This document shows positions 10,087 through 18,429 of a DNA stretch of 64,000 bases, in pieces. Location of the stretch: contig ONJD01000001.1 of NCBI GenBank assembly GCA_900317985.1, positions 3,532-67,531 on the forward strand, given 5' to 3'. The stretch is from an uncultured Eubacteriales bacterium. GTDB taxonomy: Bacteria > Bacillota > Clostridia > Oscillospirales > Acutalibacteraceae. The number at the start of each line of letters is the position of its first letter. Position 1 is the first letter of the stretch. The translations under genes were made by a program, and so were the position numbers. Below the pieces are notes generated by a model. The model did no database searches. It had not been told where the DNA came from and was given only the letters and a program-made list of their open reading frames with translations.

Positions 10087-10430
10087 CCGTCTACCGAAAA
10101 TAATTATGAAAGCCGCTGTTTCTTTTTTCTTCGTTTCACGGACTTTTTCGCGATGGATTTCCGCAATTCCAGCCTGTAAAGGTCAAAACCTTGCCCCTGT
10201 CCAAAACCCGGCTGAAAATGTGAAAAAGTGGGTCATATTTCGAATTTGGAAAAATGTAAAGCCTTTTGCTTCCTTTTAACGGTTTTTTCCTCTATTTTTC
10301 CTTTTTGGAAAATTCGTTTCGGCGATTTGCGGAAAGTCGTTTAACAGTTTTCGTAAAGTTTCGCTCCTTTACGAATCTCACTTTCGTCCTCACAAAAGTC
10401 CGATTATAAGGTCCAAAAACAAGGCGGATT

Positions 10431-10625
10431 GGGGGCGCGCACAACCTTTGCCTCTCCAGCGGAGGAGAAAAGCGTTCGACTGCGGCCGGGCGAAGGGGCC
10501 CCCTCCGGGGGAACGGTTAGGCCGGGGAGGTCGCAGGCGGACCTTTTCTCCGAAACGCGATCGAGCGCAAGCGGCTCGGCGGCCTCTTTCGACGGAACGC
10601 GATCGAGCGCGACCCCTCCCCCCCT
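10431..10625. other. GC-rich, repeat-containing, self-complementary non-coding island (unknown: structured RNA or decayed repeat element)
   Basis: The ends pair: GGGGGCGCGC (10431-40) with GCGCGaCCCC (10607-16). GGAGAAAAG (10464-72) pairs with CTTTTCTCC (10543-51). A perfect 15-nt direct repeat AACGCGATCGAGCGC occurs at 10554 and 10596. Flanking DNA is AT-rich. The ORFs across it have no RBS and encode low-complexity sequence. Confidence 0.4.
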
Positions 10626-10635
10626 CTGCGCAGGA

Positions 10636-10669
10636 CATAAAAGGACCCCGTCCGATTGGACGGGGTCCT
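10636..10669 (-). terminator. Intrinsic terminator of the PEP carboxykinase gene
   Basis: 12-bp stem AGGACCCCGTCC / GGACGGGGTCCT with a GATT loop, then TTTTAT on the reverse strand. Confidence 0.85.
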
Positions 10670-10694
10670 GAACCATTCAGTTTGGGCGAATTGC

Positions 10695-12479
10695 TTATTC
10701 GGCAACGTTCGCTCTGAGGGTGGCGAGCTCGTCGTAGAGTTCCTGGGGAACGGTGTCGCCGAGGGATTTGAAGAACTCTTCGATGCCGTCGGCCTCTTCT
10801 CTCCAGAGGGCCTTGTCGACGGTGAGCATGGCCTTGACGTCGTCTACTGTGACGTCGAGTCCGTCGATGTCGATGTCTTCCGGTTTCGGCAGGTAGCCGA
10901 TCGGGGTCTCAACTGCGTCGACCTTGCCTTCGCAGCGGTCCATGATCCAGAGAAGGACTCTCAGGTTGTCACCGAAGCCCGGCCACATGAAGTGACCTTC
11001 GTCGTCCTTGCGGAACCAGTTGACGTTGAAGATCTTCGGCTGTTTGTCCTCGTCGATCTTCTTGCCCATGTCGAGCCAGTGCTGCAGGTAGGTACCGCAG
11101 TCATAGCCGATGAACGGACGCATGGCCATCGGGTCGTGACGGACGACACCGACTTTCTGACCCTGTGCGGCAGCGGTGGTCTCGGAACCCATTGCGGCAC
11201 CGACGAATACGCCGTGCTGCCAGTTTCTGGCCTGATAGACCAGCGGAGCGAGTTTCGCGCGGCGGCCGCCGAAGACGAATGCGGAGACGGGAACACCGTT
11301 CGGGTTCTCGAACTCAGAGGACAGGCAGGGGCAGTTCTTGGCAGGAGCGGTGAAACGGGAGTTCGGGTATGCGCCCTTCTCCGTAGAGGTCTTGCCGTTC
11401 CAGGGATTGCCGAGCCAGTCTTCGCCGTTTTCGGGAGCATCCGGCATGCCTTCCCACCAGAAGGTGTTGTCGTCCAGGTTCCGGGCAACGTTCGTGAAGA
11501 TGGAGGAACCGGAGCGGCAGGAAAGGAGGGCGTTCGGGTTGGACTGCATGTTGGTTCCGGGAGCGACGCCGAAGAAGCCGTACTCCGGGTTGACCGCGTA
11601 GAGTCTGCCGTCCGGGCCCTTGCGGATCCAGGAGATGTCATCGCCGACACACCAGACTTTATAACCTTTGTCGACATAGTGCTTCGGAGGAACGAGCATA
11701 GCAAGGTTGGTCTTGCCGCAGGCGCTCGGGAAAGCAGCGGTCAGATACTTGGTTTCGCCGTTCGGATATTCGATGCCGAGGATGAGCATGTGCTCAGCCT
11801 GCCAGCCTTCCTGGCGGGCCAGGTTGGATGCGATACGGAGCGCGAAGCACTTCTTGCCCTGAAGGACGTTGCCGCCGTAGCAGGAGTTGACGGAGTAGAT
11901 GGTGTTGTCCTGCGGCCACTGATTGATGTATCTCTTCTCGGGGTCGGAATTGCAGGAAGCGTGGGTACCCTTGATCCAGTCGGTGGAGTCGGGGCCGATG
12001 GCGTCGAGGACTCTCTGACCGATGCGGGTGATGATGTTCATGTTGCAGACGACATAGATGGAGTCGGTGACTTCAAGACCGTACTTCGCGAACGGGGAAC
12101 CGACCTTGCACATGCTGTAGGGGATGACATACATGGTCTTGCCCTTGTAGCTGCCGCGGATGATATCGTCGCACATTTTATAGGCTTCGTCCGGGTCCAT
12201 CCAGTTGTTCAGAGGGCCGGCCTCTTCCTTGGTGGGGGTGCAGATGAAGGTTCTGTCTTCAACACGAGCGACGTCGTTCGGGTTGGTTCTGTGGAAGTAG
12301 CAGTCGGGAAGTTTCTCCTCGTTGAGTTTGATGAACTCGCCGGTGGAGACAGCCTCGTCCTTGAGGGCCTGGATCTGCTCCTTGGACCCGTCGATCCAGA
12401 CGACTTTGTCCGGCTGGAGGAGGTCGATTCTGGTCTGTACCCAGTCCAGAATGCTCTTGTTGTTAGTAAGTTTTTCCAT
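10695..12479 (-). CDS. pck: Phosphoenolpyruvate carboxykinase (GTP)
   Basis: 594 aa. N-terminus ...ILDWV...LLQPDKVVWIDGS and the kinase P-loop region FPSACGKTNLAML are typical of the GTP-dependent family. Confidence 0.92.
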   Translation of the reverse strand: MEKLTNNKSILDWVQTRIDLLQPDKVVWIDGSKEQIQALKDEAVSTGEFIKLNEEKLPDCYFHRTNPNDVARVEDRTFICTPTKEEAGPLNNWMDPDEAYKMCDDIIRGSYKGKTMYVIPYSMCKVGSPFAKYGLEVTDSIYVVCNMNIITRIGQRVLDAIGPDSTDWIKGTHASCNSDPEKRYINQWPQDNTIYSVNSCYGGNVLQGKKCFALRIASNLARQEGWQAEHMLILGIEYPNGETKYLTAAFPSACGKTNLAMLVPPKHYVDKGYKVWCVGDDISWIRKGPDGRLYAVNPEYGFFGVAPGTNMQSNPNALLSCRSGSSIFTNVARNLDDNTFWWEGMPDAPENGEDWLGNPWNGKTSTEKGAYPNSRFTAPAKNCPCLSSEFENPNGVPVSAFVFGGRRAKLAPLVYQARNWQHGVFVGAAMGSETTAAAQGQKVGVVRHDPMAMRPFIGYDCGTYLQHWLDMGKKIDEDKQPKIFNVNWFRKDDEGHFMWPGFGDNLRVLLWIMDRCEGKVDAVETPIGYLPKPEDIDIDGLDVTVDDVKAMLTVDKALWREEADGIEEFFKSLGDTVPQELYDELATLRANVAE

Positions 12480-12749
12480 GAAACAAGCTCCTTTACAAAT
12501 ACTTTGACTTCGGTCCCCCCGTATGACCCCCGGAAATGACAGCAGGAATGCCTTGATTTTGGCGATTCATTTGTTATCATTAATATTGGGTTTTCGATTG
12601 GTTCCCGATACGGGAACAATTATACTTGAATTTGGTACAAAAGTCGAGAAATCCGACGCAGTTTTGCAAAAAAATTACAATTCTGTAGGGTTGTACAAAG
12701 TTTTTGAAAAATCCTGTCATTTCTTTAACAACATGAAAAGGAAACACCC

Positions 12750-13667
12750 ATGAAAGTCTCTCTCATCATCCCCTGTTACAACGAGGAGGGCAATGTCCGA
12801 CCGCTGTACGACACGGTCGTCCGGACCTTTGAAAACGCGGTCTCCGATTACGAGTTCGTGTTCGTCAACGACGGCAGTTTCGACCGGACCCCGGATGTGC
12901 TGAACGACCTCGTCGCCACCGCGGACAAGCCGGTCAAAGCGGTCCATTTCTCCCGCAACTACGGGAAAGAGTCCGCCATCCTCGCCGGTCTGAACGAGGC
13001 GTCGGGAGACTGTTTCACCATCATGGACGGCGACCTCCAGCAGGGCCCGGACGTCGTGGTCGAAATGGTCCGCTACCTCGAGGAACACCCCGAGTGCGAC
13101 TGTGTCACGGCCTTTCAGGAAAGCCGGAGCGAGAGCCCGGTCATGGTCTTCTTCAAAGACAGCTTTTACCGGATCATCAACCGTGTCTCGGACGTTGAGT
13201 TCGTGAGCGGCGCCTCCGACTTCCGGACCTTCCGCCGCAATGTCCGCGACGCCGTCCTGAGCATGCCCGAGACCTCCCGGTTCTCCAAGGGCATCTTCTC
13301 CTGGGTAGGGTTCGAGACCCACTATATCCCCTACACCGCCGCGGAGCGGCTCACCGGCACCTCGAAATGGAATTTCTTCAAACTGTGGAGATACGCCATC
13401 TCCGGCATCATCTCCTTCACGACGACCCCGCTCCGCCTCCCGCTGGTCTTCGGCGGCATCACGGGCTCCGCGGCCGTCGCTTCCGCGGTCTTCGACAAAA
13501 AGAAAAAAGACCGTGCCCTTCCCGCCATCCTCGGCACCGGCAGTGTCCTGCTGTTCGCCATCGGCGTCCTCGGAGAGTACATCGCGAGGGTGTTCCAGGA
13601 GACGAAACACCGGCCGGTCTATCTCATCAAAGAAGTCCTCGACAATCAAAAAGAGCGCTCGGAATAA
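12750..13667 (+). CDS. Family 2 glycosyltransferase (GtrB / polyprenyl-phosphate glycosyltransferase-like)
   Basis: 305 aa. N-terminal SLIIPCYNEE, a DxD-like VNDGSFD, and two C-terminal TM helices as in GtrB/ArnC-like enzymes. Confidence 0.8.
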   Translation: MKVSLIIPCYNEEGNVRPLYDTVVRTFENAVSDYEFVFVNDGSFDRTPDVLNDLVATADKPVKAVHFSRNYGKESAILAGLNEASGDCFTIMDGDLQQGPDVVVEMVRYLEEHPECDCVTAFQESRSESPVMVFFKDSFYRIINRVSDVEFVSGASDFRTFRRNVRDAVLSMPETSRFSKGIFSWVGFETHYIPYTAAERLTGTSKWNFFKLWRYAISGIISFTTTPLRLPLVFGGITGSAAVASAVFDKKKKDRALPAILGTGSVLLFAIGVLGEYIARVFQETKHRPVYLIKEVLDNQKERSE

Positions 13668-13682
13668 GAGCGCTCTTTTTTT
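13647..13682. terminator. Bidirectional terminator shared by the GT2 gene and mcsB
   Basis: AAAAGAGCGCTC-ggaataa-GAGCGCTCTTTT. The stem includes the GT2 stop codon, and A/T runs lie on both sides. Confidence 0.75.
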
Positions 13683-13696
13683 ATATTGTTTTTTCC

Positions 13697-14710
13697 TTAA
13701 GTCCCCGCGAAGATGGCGCGGACTTTTTCGGCGCGCAGGGCGTCCCGCTCCTGCCGGCTGAGGTCCTCCCCCGCCTCCGTGTTGAGCGTGGCGGGCTGCA
13801 GGGAAAAGATGAGTTCGTTGACCGTGTTCATCGGGAGGTCGAACTCGCCGGCAGCGATGCCGACCTTGACGACAGACAGCGCCTCCATGAATTCCTGGAA
13901 ACTCATGACGCGGGCACTTTTGAGCGTGCCGTAAGAGCGCCAGAGCATGTCCTGGAACGAGAGGTTCTCCATCAGTTCCTTCCGGGCCTCCCGCTCCTGT
14001 TCGATGATGGACTTCGCCAGAGCGTCGAGGTTCCCGAGCGCGGCCTCCTCGGAGATGCCGAGGGTGACCTGATTGGTCAGGAGGTACAGACTGCCGATCG
14101 GTGAATCGCCCTCTCCGTAGGCGCCGGACAGGACGAGTCCGAGGCGCGAGACCGTGTTGGACAGATGACGGATGCGGCCGAGGATGCGCATGGCGGGCAG
14201 CTGCAAAACGACCGAGCCCCGCATGGCGGTCCCGATGTTGGTCGGGCACTGCGTGAGGTAGCCGAGCTTCGTGTCGAAGGAGAAGCCGAGCGCTTCGTCG
14301 AGGATGGTGTCGAGCCGGTCGGCCAGTTCGTAGGAACGGGTCAGCTCGAGACCCGGCAGCAGCGCCTGGATCTTCACGTGGTCCTCTTCGCAGATCATCA
14401 GGCTGAGGCTCTCGTCGGGGGTCGTCAGGAACGACCGCCCCTCCTGCACGCTGACGAATTCCGGACTCACGAGGTCCCGCTCCGCGAGCGAGATGGCGGC
14501 GTACCGCGACAGGGTGTTCATATGGGTCAGGACGAATTTCTCCGGCAGCTCCTCAAAGATGACAGCGGAGACTTCGTCGGCGATCTTGTCTTTTTCTTCC
14601 GTGGAGAGGCGATTGGTGAAGACGTGGTCTCTGAGGTTCCTCGCGAGGGACACTTTCGAGCTGACCGCGACATCGTTCTCGTTCCCGGAGAGCATGTACC
14701 ATTTGGTCAT
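13697..14710 (-). CDS. mcsB: Protein arginine kinase McsB
   Basis: 337 aa guanido phosphotransferase domain with LTQCPTNIGTAMR. Start overlaps the mcsA stop (ATGA). Confidence 0.9.
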   Translation of the reverse strand: MTKWYMLSGNENDVAVSSKVSLARNLRDHVFTNRLSTEEKDKIADEVSAVIFEELPEKFVLTHMNTLSRYAAISLAERDLVSPEFVSVQEGRSFLTTPDESLSLMICEEDHVKIQALLPGLELTRSYELADRLDTILDEALGFSFDTKLGYLTQCPTNIGTAMRGSVVLQLPAMRILGRIRHLSNTVSRLGLVLSGAYGEGDSPIGSLYLLTNQVTLGISEEAALGNLDALAKSIIEQEREARKELMENLSFQDMLWRSYGTLKSARVMSFQEFMEALSVVKVGIAAGEFDLPMNTVNELIFSLQPATLNTEAGEDLSRQERDALRAEKVRAIFAGT

Positions 14711-15204
14711 TTCGTCTCACCCCGCAGTTCCCGGATCCGGTCCCTCAGGACCGCCGCCTGTTCATATTCTTCCGCCTCGACGGCAGCGTTCCGCTCTTCC
14801 TCGAGACGGCGCAGTTCGGCGCGGCGCGCCATCCGGTCGTCCCGGGTGGCACTCGTCTTGCCCACGTGGGTCGCTCTGCCGTGGATGCGGGAGAGCGAGG
14901 GCTTCAGGCGGTCGTAGAACACATCGTAGCATTCCGCGCAGCCCATGGCGCCGGTGCGGACGATCTCATCGAACGTGGCGCCGCAGCCGGGGCAGCGTTC
15001 CTCCTCGGTCTCGGGCAGCAGTGCCGTCTCCGGGAAGAACCGGCTCAGGAGCGTCCCGATATTGGAGCCAAAGCCCCAGAACATGCCGGAATACCCCAGA
15101 TGCTGCGCGCATCCGGAGCAGAGATGCAGTTCCGAGGACTCCCCGTCCACGATCCGTTTGATGTGTGTCGTGGCTTCATTTCGGCCACAGTTCTGGCAAA
15201 GCAT
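14707..15204 (-). CDS. mcsA: McsA (McsB activator; zinc-finger + UVR-motif protein)
   Basis: 165 aa. Four CxxC pairs (CQNCG, CSGCA, CPGCG, CAEC) and a C-terminal UVR-like helix (AVEAEEYEQAAVLRDRIRELR). Confidence 0.88.
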   Translation of the reverse strand: MLCQNCGRNEATTHIKRIVDGESSELHLCSGCAQHLGYSGMFWGFGSNIGTLLSRFFPETALLPETEEERCPGCGATFDEIVRTGAMGCAECYDVFYDRLKPSLSRIHGRATHVGKTSATRDDRMARRAELRRLEEERNAAVEAEEYEQAAVLRDRIRELRGETK

Positions 15205-15383
15205 GGAATGCTTCCTTTCCGAAGTCGAAAGACTCTTCTGATATAACTTAACTTATTATCCGTCAAGCGAAACGATTCGTCAACCTCTCCCGGCCCGGCG
15301 TTTCCTGTACGGAGGGCACAAAAACCGCGTCATTATGACAAAAAATAGACAAGAGAATCGGACAGATAACACCCTCTATGCCG

Positions 15384-15411
15384 TTGAAAAAAATATATAT
15401 TAGGATATAAT
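15384..15411 (+). promoter_or_regulatory. Candidate rnf operon promoter (TTGAAA-16-TATAAT)
   Basis: TTGAAA at 15384-15389 and TATAAT at 15406-15411, in an AT-rich stretch about 115 nt upstream of rnfC. Confidence 0.55.
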
Positions 15412-15423
15412 ATATAAGGTCAC

Positions 15424-15452
15424 GCTTGTGGAAACTGTGACTTTTCACAAGC
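15424..15452 (+). promoter_or_regulatory. 29-bp near-perfect palindrome just downstream of the predicted rnf TSS (operator or 5'-terminal RNA hairpin)
   Basis: GCTTGTGGAAA-ctgtgac-TTTTCACAAGC: 11-bp arms with one G-T position. An overlapping second inverted repeat is AGGTCAC...GTGACT. Confidence 0.5.
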
Positions 15453-15524
15453 ATGCGCACATTATGATGTTTGTAAATTCAGCGCGGGACACCACCCGCG
15501 TCAACAAGCGAAGGAGTTGAATGA

Positions 15525-16877
15525 ATGGCAAGCTTAAACATTGCAGGCGTGCTGAAGCCCGCCGCAAAAGGCCATGGCGGTGCTCATGTGGCTCACCACA
15601 AGAACACCTCTGCCATGCCTGTCGAGCGTATGCCGGTCCCGGCTTCTGTCACCATCCCCCTGTCACAGCATATCGGTGCTCCCAATGAAGCACAGGTAAA
15701 AGTGGGCGATGAAGTCAAAGTCGGCCAGGTCATCGGCAGCACTGACGCATTCGTCAGCGCACCGGTCCACGCGACCATCTCCGGCACGGTCAAAGCCATC
15801 AAACCTGTCCGGATCGTCAACGGCAACATGGTGAATGCCGTTGTCATCGAATCCGACGGAGAAATGGCGCTCTCCGAGGATGTCAAACCTCCGGTCATCG
15901 AGACGAAACAGGACTTCCTGAATGCGGTCCGCGCATCGGGTCTCGTCGGTCTCGGCGGCGCTGGTTTCCCGACCCACGTCAAACTTGCGTTCAAAGAGGA
16001 CGCAGGTGTCGACACCCTCATCATCAACGCTGCGGAATGCGAGCCCTACATCACGGTCGACCACCGCGAAATGCTCGACCACCCGCAGGACATCCTGTCC
16101 GGCGTCAAGGAAGTCGTCAAATGGCTCGGCTTCAAGAACGCCTACATCGGGATCGAAGACAACAAACCGGACGCCATGCAGGTGCTTCTGAAGACCATGG
16201 AAGAGAACGAAGAGTTCAAAGACGTGCTTCAGATCATCGCGCTTCCCTCCACCTACCCGCAGGGCGCAGAAAAGGTCCTCATCTATTCTGCTACCGGCAG
16301 ACAGGTACCTCCCGGAAAACTGCCGTCTGACGTCGGCTGCGTCGTCATGAACGTCCAGTCTGTCTCGTTCCTCGGCCGTTACCTCAAGACCGGCAAACCG
16401 CTGGTCAGCCGTTCCCTCACTGTGGACGGCGGCGCCGTCGCCGAGCCGAAGAATCTTCGCGCTCCCCTCGGCACCATGTATTCCGACATCCTGGAATACT
16501 GCGGCGGGTTCAAAGAAGAGCCTTACAAGATCATGGCCGGCGGCCCGATGATGGGTCTCGCCACCATCGACGCTGAGGTCCCGCTGCTCAAGAACAACAA
16601 CGCGATCACCTGTCTTGCCAAAGGCGCTGTGAAGGTCAAACCCACGCGTGCCTGCATCCGCTGCGGCCGCTGTGTCGAGGCCTGCCCCATGTGTCTCGAG
16701 CCCACTCTCATCGAGAAGAAGGCTCATCTCAAAGACGTCGACGGCCTGAACAAGGCCAGCGTCATGACCTGCATGGAATGCGGCAGCTGCGCCTTCGCAT
16801 GTCCGTCCGGCCGTCCGCTGGTCCAGTACATGCGTCTTGGTAAGGCGATCATCAGAGAGGCAGGTGCGAAAAAATGA
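15525..16877 (+). CDS. rnfC: Rnf complex subunit C (NADH-binding, 2x[4Fe-4S])
   Basis: 450 aa. GLVGLGGAGFPT, and ferredoxin motifs CIRCGRCVEACP and CMECGSCAFACP. Confidence 0.95.
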   Translation: MASLNIAGVLKPAAKGHGGAHVAHHKNTSAMPVERMPVPASVTIPLSQHIGAPNEAQVKVGDEVKVGQVIGSTDAFVSAPVHATISGTVKAIKPVRIVNGNMVNAVVIESDGEMALSEDVKPPVIETKQDFLNAVRASGLVGLGGAGFPTHVKLAFKEDAGVDTLIINAAECEPYITVDHREMLDHPQDILSGVKEVVKWLGFKNAYIGIEDNKPDAMQVLLKTMEENEEFKDVLQIIALPSTYPQGAEKVLIYSATGRQVPPGKLPSDVGCVVMNVQSVSFLGRYLKTGKPLVSRSLTVDGGAVAEPKNLRAPLGTMYSDILEYCGGFKEEPYKIMAGGPMMGLATIDAEVPLLKNNNAITCLAKGAVKVKPTRACIRCGRCVEACPMCLEPTLIEKKAHLKDVDGLNKASVMTCMECGSCAFACPSGRPLVQYMRLGKAIIREAGAKK

Positions 16878-17878
16878 TCGATACTAAAAAACTCACGGTC
16901 AGCGCTTCGCCTCATCAGAAGTCTGCTGCCACCACGACCCGCATCATGCTCGATGTCATCATCGCGCTGGTGCCGGCCGGCATTGCCGCGGTCCTCGTTT
17001 TCGGTCTGCGCGCACTGGCGGTCATCCTCGTCTCCGTCGTCTCCTGCGTTCTGGCCGAGTTCCTCAGCCGGAAGGCCATGAAGAAGGAAGACACCGTCAC
17101 GGACCTGTCCGCCATCGTCACCGGTCTGCTCCTGGCCTACAACCTGCCCGCCGGCATCCCCTTCTGGATCGTCGTCCTGGGCGCCGTGGTTGCCATCGTC
17201 GTCATCAAGCAGATGTTCGGCGGCATCGGCCAGAACTTCATCAACCCGGCTCTGGGCGCCAGAGTCATCCTCATGTCCGCCTTCCCCGGCAGAATGTCTG
17301 CCGGTGCTTTCGCCGACACCAACCGCATCGGCTGGGGCGTCGACACCGTCACCGGTGCCACTCCCATGGGCCTTGTCGGTCTCGACGGCGTCAAAGAAGG
17401 CGCTCCCACCCTCATGGAAATGTTCCTCGGCACGACCAGCGGCTGTATCGGTGAAGTTTCCGCCCTCGCTCTTCTGCTCGGCGGCATCTACCTGATGGTC
17501 CGCAAGGTCATCTCCCCGATCATTCCCTGCACGTTCATTGCCACCGTTGCCATCTTCTGCACGTTCGCTCAGGGCTTCGACATGTATGCCGTAGCTTACG
17601 AACTGCTCGGCGGCGGCCTGTTCCTCGGCGCCATCTTCATGGCGACCGACTACACGACGTCTCCCATCACGAACAAGGGCAAGCTCATCGCCGGTATCTT
17701 CTGCGGTGTCGTCACCTGCATCATCCGTCTCTGGGGCTCCCTGCCGGAAGGCGTCTCCTTCTCCATCATCCTCATGAACGTCTTTGTACCGTACTTTGAG
17801 GACTGGACTGCTCCGACCCCGTTCGGCTTCGTCAAGGAGAAGAAACAGAAAAAGGCAAAGGAGGAGACCAAAGCATGA
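16874..17878 (+). CDS. rnfD: Rnf complex subunit D
   Basis: 334 aa polytopic membrane protein with the covalent-FMN motif TGATPMG. Confidence 0.93.
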   Translation: MIDTKKLTVSASPHQKSAATTTRIMLDVIIALVPAGIAAVLVFGLRALAVILVSVVSCVLAEFLSRKAMKKEDTVTDLSAIVTGLLLAYNLPAGIPFWIVVLGAVVAIVVIKQMFGGIGQNFINPALGARVILMSAFPGRMSAGAFADTNRIGWGVDTVTGATPMGLVGLDGVKEGAPTLMEMFLGTTSGCIGEVSALALLLGGIYLMVRKVISPIIPCTFIATVAIFCTFAQGFDMYAVAYELLGGGLFLGAIFMATDYTTSPITNKGKLIAGIFCGVVTCIIRLWGSLPEGVSFSIILMNVFVPYFEDWTAPTPFGFVKEKKQKKAKEETKA

Positions 17879-18429
17879 GTAAGAAATTCAATCCGAAAGA
17901 GATCTTAGTCCCCACCCTCACCCTTTTCCTGATCGCTCTCGTCGCAACGCTGCTCCTGGCTATGGTCAACAGCGTGACCGCCGACCGCATCGCCGCCTCC
18001 AAGGCAGCCGCGGAAGCGGAAGCTCGTCAGACTGTCTTCCCCGACGCGAAGAACTTCGTTGACAAGAGCAACTATTTCGAAGCAACAGACGCTGACGGCA
18101 ACGTCATCGGCTATGTCTTCAACACCGCCAGCAAGGGTTACGGCGGCGATGTGCCTCTCACCGTCGGCATCGACTCCGAAGGCACCATCACCGGCATCGT
18201 TCCCGGCGACCTTTCTAACGAGACACCCGGCCTCGGCCAGAACGCCAGCAAGGATAACTTCCGCGAGCAGTTCGTCGGCAAGAACGGTAAAGTTTCTGTC
18301 GTCAAGAACGCTCCCGGTGAAAACGAGATCCAGGCGCTCACCAGTGCCACCATCACCTCTACCGCCGTTGTCAACGCTGTCAATGACGCGGTAGACCAGT
18401 TCAATGAAATCACAGGAGGTGGCAAGTAA
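17875..18429 (+). CDS. rnfG: Rnf complex subunit G (FMN-binding)
   Basis: 184 aa. N-terminal TM anchor and an FMN-binding domain with SATITS. Confidence 0.9.
   Translation: MSKKFNPKEILVPTLTLFLIALVATLLLAMVNSVTADRIAASKAAAEAEARQTVFPDAKNFVDKSNYFEATDADGNVIGYVFNTASKGYGGDVPLTVGIDSEGTITGIVPGDLSNETPGLGQNASKDNFREQFVGKNGKVSVVKNAPGENEIQALTSATITSTAVVNAVNDAVDQFNEITGGGK

Noticed and set aside
10104-10280. 58-aa ORF (MKAAVSFFFVSRTF...) in the AT-rich spacer
   Set aside because: It has no RBS, its codon composition differs from that of real genes here, and it has no recognisable features.
10431-10625. Calling the GC-rich island a 6S RNA
   Set aside because: Only the size and the paired ends fit. I cannot identify the central-bubble architecture, the strand, a promoter or a terminator, so a family call is not supportable without a covariance-model scan.
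10404-10705. Small ORFs (62-90 aa, both strands) across the GC-rich island, showing peptide repeats such as RSIAFRRK
   Set aside because: They have no RBS and overlap one another in several frames. The peptide repeats are just a read-out of the DNA tandem repeat. I treat the region as non-coding.
12717-14249. 510-aa minus-strand ORF overlapping the GT2 gene (antisense) and mcsB (alternative frame)
   Set aside because: It is Arg/Gly/Pro-rich junk sequence. Both overlapped genes have strong family motifs in their own frames.
15205-15400. CtsR operator upstream of mcsA
   Set aside because: There is no GGTCAAA-NAN-GGTCAAA direct repeat on either strand. Only two CGTCAA hexamers with a 17-nt period are present, which does not fit CtsR spacing.
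15424-15452. Assigning the rnf palindrome to Rex or to a CRP/FNR-type regulator
   Set aside because: The half-sites resemble TTGTGAA / TGTGA. The arm spacing, however, matches neither the 18-bp Rex operator nor TGTGA-N6-TCACA: it is N11 between the outer arms and N4 for the inner TGTGA/TCACA. It is reported as an unassigned palindrome instead.
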